The notes beneath the pieces were generated by a model that did not search any database, was not told the DNA's origin, and saw nothing but the letters and a program-made list of their open reading frames with translations. Position numbers and translations under genes: made by a program. From an uncultured Acidimicrobiaceae bacterium (GTDB lineage Bacteria; Actinomycetota; Acidimicrobiia; Spongiisociales; UBA5794): a stretch of 64,000 nt of DNA. Within the stretch, counting starts at the first letter, position 1. Every line of letters begins with the position of its first letter. Shown in pieces: positions 10,153 through 20,085 of the stretch. Location of the stretch: NCBI GenBank assembly GCA_964397045.1, contig CAYNHF010000047.1:10885-74884 (forward strand), given 5' to 3'.

Positions 10153-10821
10153 TCAGAGCGGGATGTTCTGGAGCGGCAGGGACCACCAGGGCCGCAACAC
10201 CGGGGCGGCGAATGGCTCTGGTTTCGGGGTCAACGCCCTCGCGACCGCTGCTTTCGGCTTCGGCTGAGCCTTCGGCTGCGCGGCAGGAGGATCATCGGCG
10301 GGAGGCGGGTCTGCCGCGGGCGGTGGTTCATCCGCCGGCGGTGGAGGCGGGGGATCATCGGCCGGGGGCGGATCAAGCAAGTCGGCAGGTCCTCGCATGA
10401 AGACAACCGTCACCCACATGGTGTCGTCCGGCTCGATGACAACTCCCACTCCGACGTAGTTGAAATTGCCGAGAATGTTCTTCCGATGGCCTGAGGAATC
10501 CATGAATGCTTGATGAAGGGTGTCGACTGATGGCCCGACGCCGACGTTCTCTGCCAGCGCCTGCCAGCCGGTGGTGACACCGGCGAGGTTCGGATTGTGA
10601 TGGAGGTTGTCCTGCTCCATCATCCGCCGCGAATGCGCCTTGGCATCATCTGTCAGGTCCCCGTAGACCTGGACCGGAGCGAGGCCGCGGGAACTGCGTT
10701 CCGCGTTGATCTTCGACACGAAGGATCCGGCGGGTCCGGCCTGAGCGGGAGCCACCGCGAGGCCCATGGAGAGGAGGACCAGCGTCAGGCCTACGGTGAG
10801 CGCTCGCTTGGTCCGTCGCAT
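10153..10821 (-). CDS. Secreted CAP/SCP/PR-1 domain protein with a Pro/Asp-rich repetitive linker
   Basis: Signal peptide MRRTKRALTVGLTLVLLSMGLAVAPAQA. CAP signature GHRKNILGNFNYVGVG. Low-complexity PPADDPPPPPPADEPPPAADPPPADDPP tract. A GTG at 10884 is an alternative upstream start. Confidence 0.75.
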   Translation of the reverse strand: MRRTKRALTVGLTLVLLSMGLAVAPAQAGPAGSFVSKINAERSSRGLAPVQVYGDLTDDAKAHSRRMMEQDNLHHNPNLAGVTTGWQALAENVGVGPSVDTLHQAFMDSSGHRKNILGNFNYVGVGVVIEPDDTMWVTVVFMRGPADLLDPPPADDPPPPPPADEPPPAADPPPADDPPAAQPKAQPKPKAAVARALTPKPEPFAAPVLRPWWSLPLQNIPL

Positions 10822-10970
10822 GCCGATTCCCGTCACAGAGCGTGGTTGTTCGTACACGCTCCGTATCGGCAAGGAGGCAGACACCTTGAGCCCGGACGGG
10901 CAATTGACTAGTCATCCGAGCGAATCATTCGTCAGGGCGAGCCGGCACTAGACACTGTGAGTGGCGGCGA

Positions 10971-10984
10971 CCGAACCGGTTCGG
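10971..10984. terminator. Perfect 14-bp palindrome CCGAACCGGTTCGG about 10 nt downstream of the pepA stop. Possible terminator hairpin or protein-binding site
   Basis: Exact self-complementary sequence in a 170-bp intergenic region. Confidence 0.25.
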
Positions 10985-10993
10985 GAAGGCGGC

Positions 10994-12442
10994 TCAGTCT
11001 GCCATTCCGGCAGCCACCTCGACCAGAGTGCGGACCCCGAAGCCGGTGCCGCCCTTGAGCAGGTAGTGCTCCGCCTTGCTCGCCCGGGCGGGACCCGCGA
11101 TATCGAGATGGACCCAGGGCTGATCATCGACAAACGCCTCCAGCAGCAAGGCGGCTGCAATCGCGCTGCCGTAGCGCTCTGCGGTGTTCTTCATGTCCGC
11201 GATCGACGACTCGATGTGCGAGCGGTACTCCTGCTCGAGAGGCATGCGCCACACCTTTTCTCCGGCGTTGCGCGCCGCAGACTCGACGGCAACTGCCGCC
11301 TCGTCGTCGTTGCTCCAGAGCCCCGCGATCAGCGGACCGAGCGCCACCATGCACGACCCGGTGAGGGTTGCGATGTCGACAATGAGATCCGGCTCTTCCT
11401 CAACCGCAATCGACAGACCGTCTGCCAGCACCAGCCGACCCTCGGCGTCCGTGTTGAGCACCTCGATGGTCTTCCCGTTGCGCGCCTGCATCACATCACC
11501 GGGACGCTGCGCGGCTCCTCCCGGCATGTTCTCGGTCAGCGGAGTGATCCCCACCACCTCCACCTCCAGGCCGAGGCTGGCTATCGCCTGCATGGCGCCG
11601 AAAACGGCTGCCGCGCCAGACATGTCCGTCTTCATCGTCTCCATCCCGGCCGGCGGTTTCAGGGAGAGGCCGCCCGAGTCGAAAACGATGCCCTTGCCCA
11701 CGATCACCAGTTTCCTGGTTGCGACTTCCGGGCCGTAGCGGAGAATCACCAGTCGGGGCGGGGTCGCGGCACCGGCCGATACCGCGGCCAGGCCACCGAG
11801 GCGTTCAGCAGCCAGGTCGTTCTCGGTGAACACCACGTAGTCGAGTCCATGTTCGTCTGCGATGCCCCTTGCGATGTCTGCCATCACGGTGGGGGCCTTG
11901 GCTGCTGCCGGCTCGTTGACTAGGTCGCGGGCCATCGCAACCGCTTCAGCTATGACACCGCCCCTGGCCATATCGCCTTCGGTTCCAGCTCCACCGGCAA
12001 GCACCAACTCCGTGGTTGCCACCGGCTTCGGCTCCGACAGGTACTTGTCGAACCGATACTGGCCGAGCAGGAACCCCATCGTGACGTACTCTGCCGCATT
12101 GTCCACTCCGACCTCATGCAGGGTGGTGACCACGCGCTCCTGACGGGAAGCAGCACCGGCGGCGTTGCCCGCTCCCCGGCGCAGCGCCTCGGCGTCTACC
12201 TCATCGCCGAGCCCGACGAAGACCACGGAACCGTACGACGTGTCTCCGCCTGGCAGGATCGAGAGGTCGCCCGATTTGCCCGTGAAACCCTCGCCCTCCA
12301 GGTAGTCGGGCACCCAATCGCCAAGTTGCTCAACGGCCCAGGCAGCCCCCGGGCCCCACGTCAGGTCGGTGAGCACGGGAACGACGAGCGCATCGCCCGC
12401 TTCCACATCGATCGGGCCGCCGATCACGACATCAGTCATCAT
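10994..12442 (-). CDS. pepA: Leucyl aminopeptidase (M17 family)
   Basis: NTDAEGRL active-site signature and M17 catalytic-domain motifs. Start ATGATG at 12442 directly after an AAGGAGG SD. It overlaps the TGA of the upstream gene (ATGATGA). Confidence 0.9.
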   Translation of the reverse strand: MMTDVVIGGPIDVEAGDALVVPVLTDLTWGPGAAWAVEQLGDWVPDYLEGEGFTGKSGDLSILPGGDTSYGSVVFVGLGDEVDAEALRRGAGNAAGAASRQERVVTTLHEVGVDNAAEYVTMGFLLGQYRFDKYLSEPKPVATTELVLAGGAGTEGDMARGGVIAEAVAMARDLVNEPAAAKAPTVMADIARGIADEHGLDYVVFTENDLAAERLGGLAAVSAGAATPPRLVILRYGPEVATRKLVIVGKGIVFDSGGLSLKPPAGMETMKTDMSGAAAVFGAMQAIASLGLEVEVVGITPLTENMPGGAAQRPGDVMQARNGKTIEVLNTDAEGRLVLADGLSIAVEEEPDLIVDIATLTGSCMVALGPLIAGLWSNDDEAAVAVESAARNAGEKVWRMPLEQEYRSHIESSIADMKNTAERYGSAIAAALLLEAFVDDQPWVHLDIAGPARASKAEHYLLKGGTGFGVRTLVEVAAGMAD

Positions 12443-12987
12443 TCCTCCTTGATGCGACTCGGCACCCATTCGCTTTCGACGGCTCGAGTCAGAATGTATA
12501 GGTAGTCGGCGAGGCGGTTGAGATATGCGGGGGCCAGGCTGTCGGTGATCCCTGCCGAAGCAACAAGCGTGACCGTACGCCGCTCCGCACGCCGCACGAC
12601 GGCCCGCGCCAGGTCGATGCCGGCCGCGACCTCGTTGTCTCCCGGCACGATGAACTCCGTCGGCGTACCGATGTCGGCAACGACGGAGTCGATTTCGAGT
12701 TCCAGGCGGTCGACCATGCCTGCCTCGACGAGGCTGACACCGGGAGTCAGCTTCGCACGGTTCTCAGGATGTGTCGCGAGCTCCGCACTGAGCACGAACA
12801 GATCTCGTTGCGCTTGAAGCAGTTTGGTGCCGAGCACCTCATCTGCCGCAGCTCTGGCGACGCCGATGGCAGCTACTGCCTCGTCGACAGTGCCATATGC
12901 CTCGGGAGCGGCATCATCCTTGCGAACCCTGCCGCCGTAGAACAGCCCCGTGGAGCCGTCGTCTCCATGTTTCGTGTAGATCTTCAA
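12439..12987 (-). CDS. Cob(I)alamin adenosyltransferase, PduO type (ATP:cob(I)alamin adenosyltransferase)
   Basis: KIYTKHGDDGSTGL N-terminal motif. A TTG start at 12987 gives the canonical MKIYTK N-terminus. The longer ATG-initiated ORF in the track (to 13062) would overlap the upstream membrane-protein gene. Confidence 0.8.
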   Translation of the reverse strand: MKIYTKHGDDGSTGLFYGGRVRKDDAAPEAYGTVDEAVAAIGVARAAADEVLGTKLLQAQRDLFVLSAELATHPENRAKLTPGVSLVEAGMVDRLELEIDSVVADIGTPTEFIVPGDNEVAAGIDLARAVVRRAERRTVTLVASAGITDSLAPAYLNRLADYLYILTRAVESEWVPSRIKEE

Positions 12988-13027
12988 CGGAAGAACCCTA
13001 ACGTCGTTGCGAATGGATCCATCACTG

Positions 13028-13690
13028 CTACTCCGTGAGAACCCTGCCGAGCACCACGACACCGAACGAGGTCAGCACACCTAGATAACTGAGACCGGTC
13101 GCTGCCATTACACCCGAGTAGGCGGGTTCCTGGAGCGAGTACCAGGTGGCCACCACGAGAAGGAAGGTGAGCACGGTCAACGCGATATACGTCCAGCCGA
13201 GAATCGCGTCCGCCGGTTGCCATTCGAGAATGGTGCCGACCACCACCATGTAGATGAAGTCGGCCACCAGCCCGGCTCCGGCCGCCAGGTCGAGCCGGAG
13301 CAAAGCTCTACGCGGCAGCTGCGGATCTACCAGGTACCAGTGACCCAGCATCATGAGTGTGGTCATCGCACCCAGCAGCAGAGCGCCGGTCAGGAAGGGC
13401 ACGACCGCAGACTCCAGCACGCCCACGGCGAGAAACATCACCGCAGAAGCCGCGAAGTACGCCGCGCAGAGCAGGGCCCGCCTCGCCACCAGTGCGCCGC
13501 CCACCGCGAGGAGAATGCCGATCCACGACGAAAGATCGCCGCCGAACACGGCAGCGCCGAGCCCAAACAGGGCGACGACACCTCCTGCAAGCCAAAAGAA
13601 CCCGGGCCCGACGATACGCCAATAAGCCACGATCGCAGTGCCCACTGCAACGCCACAGGCCCACAGAGCGAGCACGAGGCCGGGAGTCAC
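13028..13690 (-). CDS. Integral membrane protein (about 6 TM helices), function unknown
   Basis: Highly hydrophobic 220-aa ORF sitting in operon position between tkt and the adenosyltransferase. High GC3. Confidence 0.6.
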   Translation of the reverse strand: MTPGLVLALWACGVAVGTAIVAYWRIVGPGFFWLAGGVVALFGLGAAVFGGDLSSWIGILLAVGGALVARRALLCAAYFAASAVMFLAVGVLESAVVPFLTGALLLGAMTTLMMLGHWYLVDPQLPRRALLRLDLAAGAGLVADFIYMVVVGTILEWQPADAILGWTYIALTVLTFLLVVATWYSLQEPAYSGVMAATGLSYLGVLTSFGVVVLGRVLTE

Positions 13691-13724
13691 ACCGCACCTC
13701 GGATCAGCAGATACTCCGATCCGA

Positions 13725-15686
13725 TCATCGACGCTCGAGCCATGCCGCGACCCGTGCTGCGACCGCGGCTGCGTTCAGCCCGAAGTGATCCGCCAGGACC
13801 GGCTCCGGGGCAGAAGCCCCGAAGGTATCGATCCCGATCGCCAGCCCCTCCCTGCCGACGATGTCTCCCCAACCGAATGTGGCTCCTGCCTCGAGCGAAG
13901 CGACCGGGAGGCCCGACCCGAGGATCTCGCGTCTGTAGTCGTCGGACTGTGCCAGGAACGCTTCGCGACATGGCATGCTGACGACGCGGATCGAGACGCC
14001 TTGTTCTCCCAATGCAGCGGCCGCAGCCAGCGCCACCGCCAGTTCACTTCCGGTAGCCACCAGAACCGCGTCCTCGCCGGGAGTGACCATGTAGCCGCCG
14101 CGCCTCACTTCTTGCGGGGCAACGTCTTCGACAGGAACCGGAACTCCCTGACGCGAGAAGACGAGGGCCGTAGGCCCATCCGTCCGGTCGAGCGCGAGCT
14201 GCCAAGCGCCTGCGACCTCGGCCGGTGTCCCGGGACGAACAACCCACAGGTTCGGCATCGCCCGCAGTGCTGCGAGTTGCTCGACGGGCTGATGGGTTGG
14301 ACCATCCTCGCCGAGGTAGATCGAGTCGTGAGTCCAAACCCAGATGGCGGGCACCCCCATCAGCGCTCCGAGCCGCACGGCCCCCCGCATGTAGTCACTG
14401 AACGTGAGGAAGGTGGCCCCATAACCCCGCAGCCCACCATGGAGTGTCATGCCGTTCACGATCGACCCCATGGCGTGCTCGCGAACTCCGAACCGCATGT
14501 TCCTTCCCGCAGGGTTCTGTGCTGAGAAGTCTGTCGAGCTCGCGATGAGGGTGTTGGTCGAACTGGCCAGGTCGGCAGACCCTCCCATCAGACCCGGCAG
14601 CCGGGCAGCTGCCTCCTGAATGACTACGCCTGATGTCACCCGGGTCGCGACCGAGTCGCCGACCTCGTACTCGGGGGTGCTGAGGGCGACTGCAGCCGGA
14701 TCGAAGTACGTGTCATACGCCGCGATCCGGTCGGGATTTGAAGTGGTCAGCTGAGCGACGTGCGCCTCCCAGACCAGACGTGATTCCGTTCCCCGCTGCA
14801 TGGCGGCGGCGAAGTGGTCGTACACCGCCTGGGGCACCTCGAATGGTGGCAGGTCCCATCCCAACTGCTCTCGCACCAGGTCCACTTCGGCGGGGCCGAG
14901 CGGAGAACCGTGGGCGGCAGCCTTGTCCTGCTTGTTCGGGCTGCCGTAGCCGATGTGGGTCTTGGCGGAGATCAACGTCGGCCGACCCTCTTCATCGATG
15001 GCTGCCTGCAACGCCTCCGCGATTGCGCCCTGATCGTGGCCGTCTACCTCAAGGGTGTGCCAGCCGTATGAATCGAACCGCTGCGGCACATCCTCCGTGT
15101 AGCTCCACGAGGTTGGGCCCACCAGGGAGATGCCGTTGTCGTCGTACACATAGACAAGCCGACCCAGCTCCAGATGCCCGGCCAGCGACGCGGCCTCAGC
15201 AGCGACGCCCTCCATGAGGTCGCCATCGGACACAAACCCGTACACCCGATGCCCCACCAGGTCGGCACCCAGGACGGAACGCAGATGGCTCTCGGCAACG
15301 GCCAGGCCGACGCCGGTGGCGAAACCTTGGCCGAGCGGCCCGGTTGTCATCTCGATGCCAAGTTCGATGTCCAGCTCGGGGTGACCCGCCGTCGGTGAAC
15401 CGAGCTGGCGAAACGAACGGAGGTCGTCCATCGTCACCGGAAACCCGCTGAGGTGGAGCAGCGAATACAGCAGCATGGAGCCGTGCCCGTTCGACAGCAC
15501 AAAGCGGTCGCGGTCCGGCCACTCGGGAGCCGTCGGATCCACCTCGAGGAACTTGGTCCATACTACGACCGCGAGATCTGCCATCCCCATCGGAGCGCCG
15601 GGATGACCCGAGTTGGCCTGCTGCACTGCATCGACTGCAAGAATCCGGATTGCGTCTGCCGCGGCCTTCTCGATGTCATGTGTCAC
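13725..15686 (-). CDS. tkt: Transketolase
   Basis: Full-length 653 aa. N-terminal TPP-binding region (SGHPGAPMGMA, GHGSMLLYSLLHLSG), the pyrimidine-binding domain and the C-terminal domain are all present. Confidence 0.95.
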   Translation of the reverse strand: MTHDIEKAAADAIRILAVDAVQQANSGHPGAPMGMADLAVVVWTKFLEVDPTAPEWPDRDRFVLSNGHGSMLLYSLLHLSGFPVTMDDLRSFRQLGSPTAGHPELDIELGIEMTTGPLGQGFATGVGLAVAESHLRSVLGADLVGHRVYGFVSDGDLMEGVAAEAASLAGHLELGRLVYVYDDNGISLVGPTSWSYTEDVPQRFDSYGWHTLEVDGHDQGAIAEALQAAIDEEGRPTLISAKTHIGYGSPNKQDKAAAHGSPLGPAEVDLVREQLGWDLPPFEVPQAVYDHFAAAMQRGTESRLVWEAHVAQLTTSNPDRIAAYDTYFDPAAVALSTPEYEVGDSVATRVTSGVVIQEAAARLPGLMGGSADLASSTNTLIASSTDFSAQNPAGRNMRFGVREHAMGSIVNGMTLHGGLRGYGATFLTFSDYMRGAVRLGALMGVPAIWVWTHDSIYLGEDGPTHQPVEQLAALRAMPNLWVVRPGTPAEVAGAWQLALDRTDGPTALVFSRQGVPVPVEDVAPQEVRRGGYMVTPGEDAVLVATGSELAVALAAAAALGEQGVSIRVVSMPCREAFLAQSDDYRREILGSGLPVASLEAGATFGWGDIVGREGLAIGIDTFGASAPEPVLADHFGLNAAAVAARVAAWLERR

Positions 15687-15776
15687 GGGCTCCTCCAGGC
15701 AATGTCCGGCGGTGTCGGGTCAGGGGCAAGGCTAGTGGTTCGCCTCGAGCCGGCTGCTGCGCAGCGAGAACTGCGA

Positions 15777-16895
15777 TCACTCGACAATCGTGAGTGCCCG
15801 ACTGGACAGGTTCAGCCGCTCAGCCCCGGTTTCGCCCATCACGACGATGTCCTCGATCCGCACCCCGAATCGCCCGGGAAGGTAGATCCCGGGCTCGATG
15901 GAGAAGGCCATTCCGGCGGCCAAGGGCGTGTCGTTACCCTCCACGATGTAGGGGTCCTCGTGGACCTCGAGCCCGATGCCGTGACCTGTACGGTGGATGA
16001 ACTCTTCCCCGTAGCCGGCGTCCGCAATGATCCGCCGAGATGCTCGATCGACATCCTGCGCGGGCACCCCCACACCCGCCGCCTGAAAGCCAGCCTCCTG
16101 CGCTTCATACACGACGGCGTGTACCCGCCGAACCTCATCTGGTGCCGACTCACCGACGTGGAAGGTGCGAGAGGTGTCAGACGTGTAGCCACCGAGCGAC
16201 CCACCGAAGTCGGCAACCACCGTGTCGCCCACTTCGATGATTCGCTCCCCCGCGTGATGATGCGGCGAAGCGGCGTTGGGGCCGGAACCCACGATCGCCA
16301 TTCCGGCCGCGTCGTGACCCTCCTCCACCAGCATGCCGGAAATGTCCCGGGAGAGGTCGATCTCGCTGCAACCTGAGAATCGCATGCCGGCCAGCCGCCC
16401 GGCGACCCGGTCGGCCGCGGCCCCCGCAGCCCGCAACAACGCGATCTCCCCTTCGTCCTTGCGTACCCGCAGGGCCTCCGAGATCGGTTGCGCGGATACG
16501 AAGGTGGCATCCGGCATCTCGCCTTGGAGCCGCAGCAGAAACACCGCCCAGGTCTTATCACCAACTGCCACTACACCGGTCCGCCCGCCGGTGCCTGCCA
16601 GCTGCCCGACGATGGCTACCGGGTCCTCAGTCTCACCCCACGGCCGCAACTCGAAAACCCCAGGCCGCTCGAAGACGCGGGCAGCCTCCAAGCCGGGCAC
16701 CACGAGCGTTGCGGCGTCGTCTCGAGGGATCACCGCCATGGTCAGGCGCTCCAGCGGAGGCGCGTCGTATCCGGTCAGATAGGGAAGATCCAGGCCCAGC
16801 GAAACCAGGAGGAGATCGATATCGTGGCGAGCCATCGCCTCGCGAGCCCGCGCGATGCGCGATCCATAGTCGAAGGTGGGATTGGAAGCGGTCAA
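15777..16895 (-). CDS. Xaa-Pro aminopeptidase / M24 family metallopeptidase
   Basis: Creatinase-like N-domain plus M24 catalytic domain with metal ligands (HRTGHGIGLEVHE, EPGIY). TTG start overlapping the lipB-lipA stop (TTGA). Confidence 0.85.
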   Translation of the reverse strand: MTASNPTFDYGSRIARAREAMARHDIDLLLVSLGLDLPYLTGYDAPPLERLTMAVIPRDDAATLVVPGLEAARVFERPGVFELRPWGETEDPVAIVGQLAGTGGRTGVVAVGDKTWAVFLLRLQGEMPDATFVSAQPISEALRVRKDEGEIALLRAAGAAADRVAGRLAGMRFSGCSEIDLSRDISGMLVEEGHDAAGMAIVGSGPNAASPHHHAGERIIEVGDTVVADFGGSLGGYTSDTSRTFHVGESAPDEVRRVHAVVYEAQEAGFQAAGVGVPAQDVDRASRRIIADAGYGEEFIHRTGHGIGLEVHEDPYIVEGNDTPLAAGMAFSIEPGIYLPGRFGVRIEDIVVMGETGAERLNLSSRALTIVE

Positions 16896-18559
16896 TGTGC
16901 CGCCACCAGCGCCTCTCGCGCGCGGTACGAAGAGCGAACCAGAGGCCCCGCTTCAACGTGGGGAATTCCAAGGCGCCTGCCTGCCGTGGTGTAGCGGTCG
17001 AACTCCTCCGGTGCGACGTAGCGGTCGATGGGACGATGGCGCGGCGTGGGACGCAGATACTGGCCGATGGTGACGATGTCGACCCCCACCGCGCGCAGAT
17101 CGGCGAGCGCCCCCATCACCTCGGCCTCGGTCTCCCCCATCCCGACGATCAGCCCCGATTTCACGTTCCCTTCCGGCCGCATGCGCTTGGCTCGGCCCAG
17201 GAGTGTCAACGAGCGGCCGTAGTTGGCAGCGGTTCGGATGTCGCGTTGCAGGCGCAGCACCGTTTCGGTGTTGTGGTTCAGCACCTCCGGCGCCTCTGCC
17301 AAGAGAGTCTCCAACGCGGTGAGGTCTCCCTTGAAATCTGGGATCAGCGTCTCGACGCTGCAACCCGGTACCAGGGTACGGATCTCCTTGACGGTGGACG
17401 CGAAGACTGCAGAGCCCCCGTCTGGCAGGTCGTCACGATTCACCGAGGTCAGGACGGCATGCTCCAATTCCAGCGCCGCCACCGCCTGCGCTACGCGCGT
17501 CGGCTCATCCATATCGACGACGTCCGGGCGCCCGGTAGTGACATCACAGAAGCTGCACGCCCGCGTGCACTTGTCCCCCAACAGCATGAAGGTGGCGGTC
17601 CCCTGACCCCAGCACTCATAGATGTTGGGGCACTTGGCCTCTTCGCAGACAGTATTGAGATCCAGCCCTCGCATCAGCTTCTTGAGATCGCGATACCCCT
17701 GGCTATCGAGTTCTGCCTTCACTCGCATCCACTCCGGGCGCTCCGGTTCGCCGGCGAGCAGACCCCGAACCGTGATCGGCACTTCGTCGCGGCGCCGCGG
17801 CGAGAAGACGCCTGCCGCCACCCTCGCATCCACGTCGAACGGAGCGGAAGACGCTCGTCCCGAGAAGGCCCCATACTGAGCTTCGGTGGCCGGGGACGCG
17901 AAGACCGCCGGAGCATGACGAGCCACCGCTTGCACCACTTCTTCCATCCTGACGCTGGAGCCGAGTAGTTCCTGCAGCGAAGTGACGGGACGATCCGCGA
18001 TCCCGCAAGGGACGATCTTCGAGTAGTAGGCCAGGTCGGGATCGACATTGAGCGCGAAACCGTGCATGGCGACGCCGCGGGCCACCCGTACGCCGATTGC
18101 GGCAACCTTCCCCAGCCGCGTCCAGACCCCGGTGAGCCCCGGCTCGGTCCAGGCCTCGACACCCACGTCCGCCAGGGACGCGATGAGCATCGCCTCGATC
18201 CGGCGAACGTGGCCGACCATATCGAAGCCGTTCGGAAGACGCGGCACGGCTCCGATGGGATAACCGACGAGTTGCCCGGGACCGTGGTACGTGATGTCTC
18301 CGCCCCGATCCACATAGTGGAGCGACGCGCCGATATCGGCGAGTTGCGCCTCGGGAATGATCAGGTTCGACCCGTCGCCCACCCGACCGATCGTGTAGGT
18401 GTGCGGATGCTCCAGCAGCAGCATGTAATCGTCCCGAGTGCGGCCGAACACGCGGCCTTCCCAAATCGTCCGCTGCAGATCCCAGGCCTCGTCGTAGGGA
18501 AGACGCCCCAGCCAGCGAATCCGAAGGACGTCTGCGGTGTCCAGAGGACGGCCCGTCAC
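16892..18559 (-). CDS. lipB/lipA: In-frame fusion of octanoyltransferase LipB (N-terminal) and lipoyl synthase LipA (C-terminal), 555 aa
   Basis: LipB motifs (HYVDRGGDITYHGPGQLVGYPI, HGFALNV). A ~50-aa linker. LipA motifs (CEEAKCPNIYECW, radical-SAM CTRACSFC). GTG start at 18559 overlaps the sucB TGA (GTGA). Single uninterrupted ORF in the track. Confidence 0.85.
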   Translation of the reverse strand: MTGRPLDTADVLRIRWLGRLPYDEAWDLQRTIWEGRVFGRTRDDYMLLLEHPHTYTIGRVGDGSNLIIPEAQLADIGASLHYVDRGGDITYHGPGQLVGYPIGAVPRLPNGFDMVGHVRRIEAMLIASLADVGVEAWTEPGLTGVWTRLGKVAAIGVRVARGVAMHGFALNVDPDLAYYSKIVPCGIADRPVTSLQELLGSSVRMEEVVQAVARHAPAVFASPATEAQYGAFSGRASSAPFDVDARVAAGVFSPRRRDEVPITVRGLLAGEPERPEWMRVKAELDSQGYRDLKKLMRGLDLNTVCEEAKCPNIYECWGQGTATFMLLGDKCTRACSFCDVTTGRPDVVDMDEPTRVAQAVAALELEHAVLTSVNRDDLPDGGSAVFASTVKEIRTLVPGCSVETLIPDFKGDLTALETLLAEAPEVLNHNTETVLRLQRDIRTAANYGRSLTLLGRAKRMRPEGNVKSGLIVGMGETEAEVMGALADLRAVGVDIVTIGQYLRPTPRHRPIDRYVAPEEFDRYTTAGRRLGIPHVEAGPLVRSSYRAREALVAAH

Positions 18560-20019
18560 TTCAGCTCTTGCTCCCAATCCCACGTTTCGAGGTTGTCCTT
18601 GATCTTGCTCAAGAACAGCACCGCGGTAGAACCATCGAAGGCACGGTGGTCCCACGACAGCCCGAGATACCCGATGTGATGGATCCCGATGGCGTCGCTG
18701 CCGTCAGGCATCGTCACCACGGTCGGTCGCTTCACAATCGTGTCGGTCGACAGAATGCCGACGTTGGGCACGTTGATGATCGCCGCCGTCTGGAAGGATC
18801 CATAGGGGCCGGGGTTGGTGATCGTGAAGGTCGAGCCTGAGATGTCATCGGGATCGAGTTTGCCGTCGCGTGCCTTGACTGCCAGATGGCGGATCTCCCT
18901 GGCGAGAGTGGAGAGTCGTTTCTCTTCCGCTCGACGCACCGTCACGACGACCAGTCCCTCCTGGTTCATGTCGACGGCGATACCCAGGTTCACGTTGCCG
19001 TGGAATACTTGGGTCCCCTCTTCCAGGAACAGGGACGAGTTGACTACCGGATATTCCCCGAGTGCGTCCAATGTGGCCCGGACGATGAACGGAAGGTAGG
19101 TGAGCGAGTAGCCCTCGGTCGCTTTCCACGTTTCGCGATGCGCGGCTCGTACCTTTTCGACGTTCTCGTAGTCGACTTCGATGGATGCCCACACGTGGGC
19201 GGCCGTCGCTTTCGCTTGACCCATGTTGTTGGCGATCCTGGTGCGGAGCCGGCTCAGCGGCACGACCGAGTCCTCGCCACCGAATGCCACCGGAGTCGGA
19301 GCTGCAGCCGCGACGGGCGCCTGCCCAGCATCGGCTGCCGGTGCGGCGGTCGCAGTAGCCGGCGCGGCCGGGGGCGCTTGCTCCAGCGTGACCTTGGCCG
19401 CGGCTGCAGTACCGGTGCCTGCCAAGTGATCCATCACGTCGCGGCGGGTGATACGACCGCCCTCTCCGGTGCCCGGCACCAAATCGAGGTCAACTCCATG
19501 TTCTGCCGCGAGCCGCCGTACGACCGGAGAGAGGATCCCGCGGCGGGGCGCGCCGTCGACTGCCGTGGGCACCGAGGGAGCAGCCGGAGCGTGCGGTGGT
19601 GTTGCGGGCACGGCATCTGGTGCCGAGGCCTGGGGCGTTCCCGGGGTGGGGGCTGCCGGCTCGGGCTCGGAAGTGGCAGCCACGGCAGCAGGCGAACTCG
19701 AAACAGAATCGACGGCGGCCTGGACCGGGGTCTCGTCGGAGGTCGCGGCATCCGGCGCCGGAGCCGCCGCGGCGGGAGCACTCCCGTCGCCTATCACCAC
19801 GAGCGGCGTCCCCACCGTCACGGTTTCGCCTTCGGGAACCAGGATCTCCTCGATCACTCCTGCGACGGGAGAAGGCACCTCGGTGTCGACCTTGTCCGTC
19901 GAGATCTCGAGCAGCACCTCGTCCTCCGCGATCGAGTCTCCCTGCTGCTTGGCCCAACTGAGGATGGTTCCCTCTGTGACCGTTTCCCCCAACTGGGGCA
20001 TGGTGACCGTTATCGACAC
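18556..20019 (-). CDS. sucB: Dihydrolipoamide acyltransferase E2 component (PDH/ODH complex)
   Basis: One lipoyl domain (EISTDKVDTEVPSP). Ala/Pro-rich linkers. E3-binding domain. Catalytic domain with DHRAFDG. Confidence 0.9.
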   Translation of the reverse strand: MSITVTMPQLGETVTEGTILSWAKQQGDSIAEDEVLLEISTDKVDTEVPSPVAGVIEEILVPEGETVTVGTPLVVIGDGSAPAAAAPAPDAATSDETPVQAAVDSVSSSPAAVAATSEPEPAAPTPGTPQASAPDAVPATPPHAPAAPSVPTAVDGAPRRGILSPVVRRLAAEHGVDLDLVPGTGEGGRITRRDVMDHLAGTGTAAAAKVTLEQAPPAAPATATAAPAADAGQAPVAAAAPTPVAFGGEDSVVPLSRLRTRIANNMGQAKATAAHVWASIEVDYENVEKVRAAHRETWKATEGYSLTYLPFIVRATLDALGEYPVVNSSLFLEEGTQVFHGNVNLGIAVDMNQEGLVVVTVRRAEEKRLSTLAREIRHLAVKARDGKLDPDDISGSTFTITNPGPYGSFQTAAIINVPNVGILSTDTIVKRPTVVTMPDGSDAIGIHHIGYLGLSWDHRAFDGSTAVLFLSKIKDNLETWDWEQELK

Positions 20020-20085
20020 TTCGATGTCTCCTTGATGTGTTGTCTCAAATTAGCGGCGTTCCCGGTTCGACCCCAGGCCGGCGAC

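Noticed and set aside
20020-20085. tRNA-like GGTTCGACCCC motif between sucB and lpdA
   Set aside because: Only a partial T-arm resemblance in a 66-bp spacer. No acceptor or anticodon arms can be formed.
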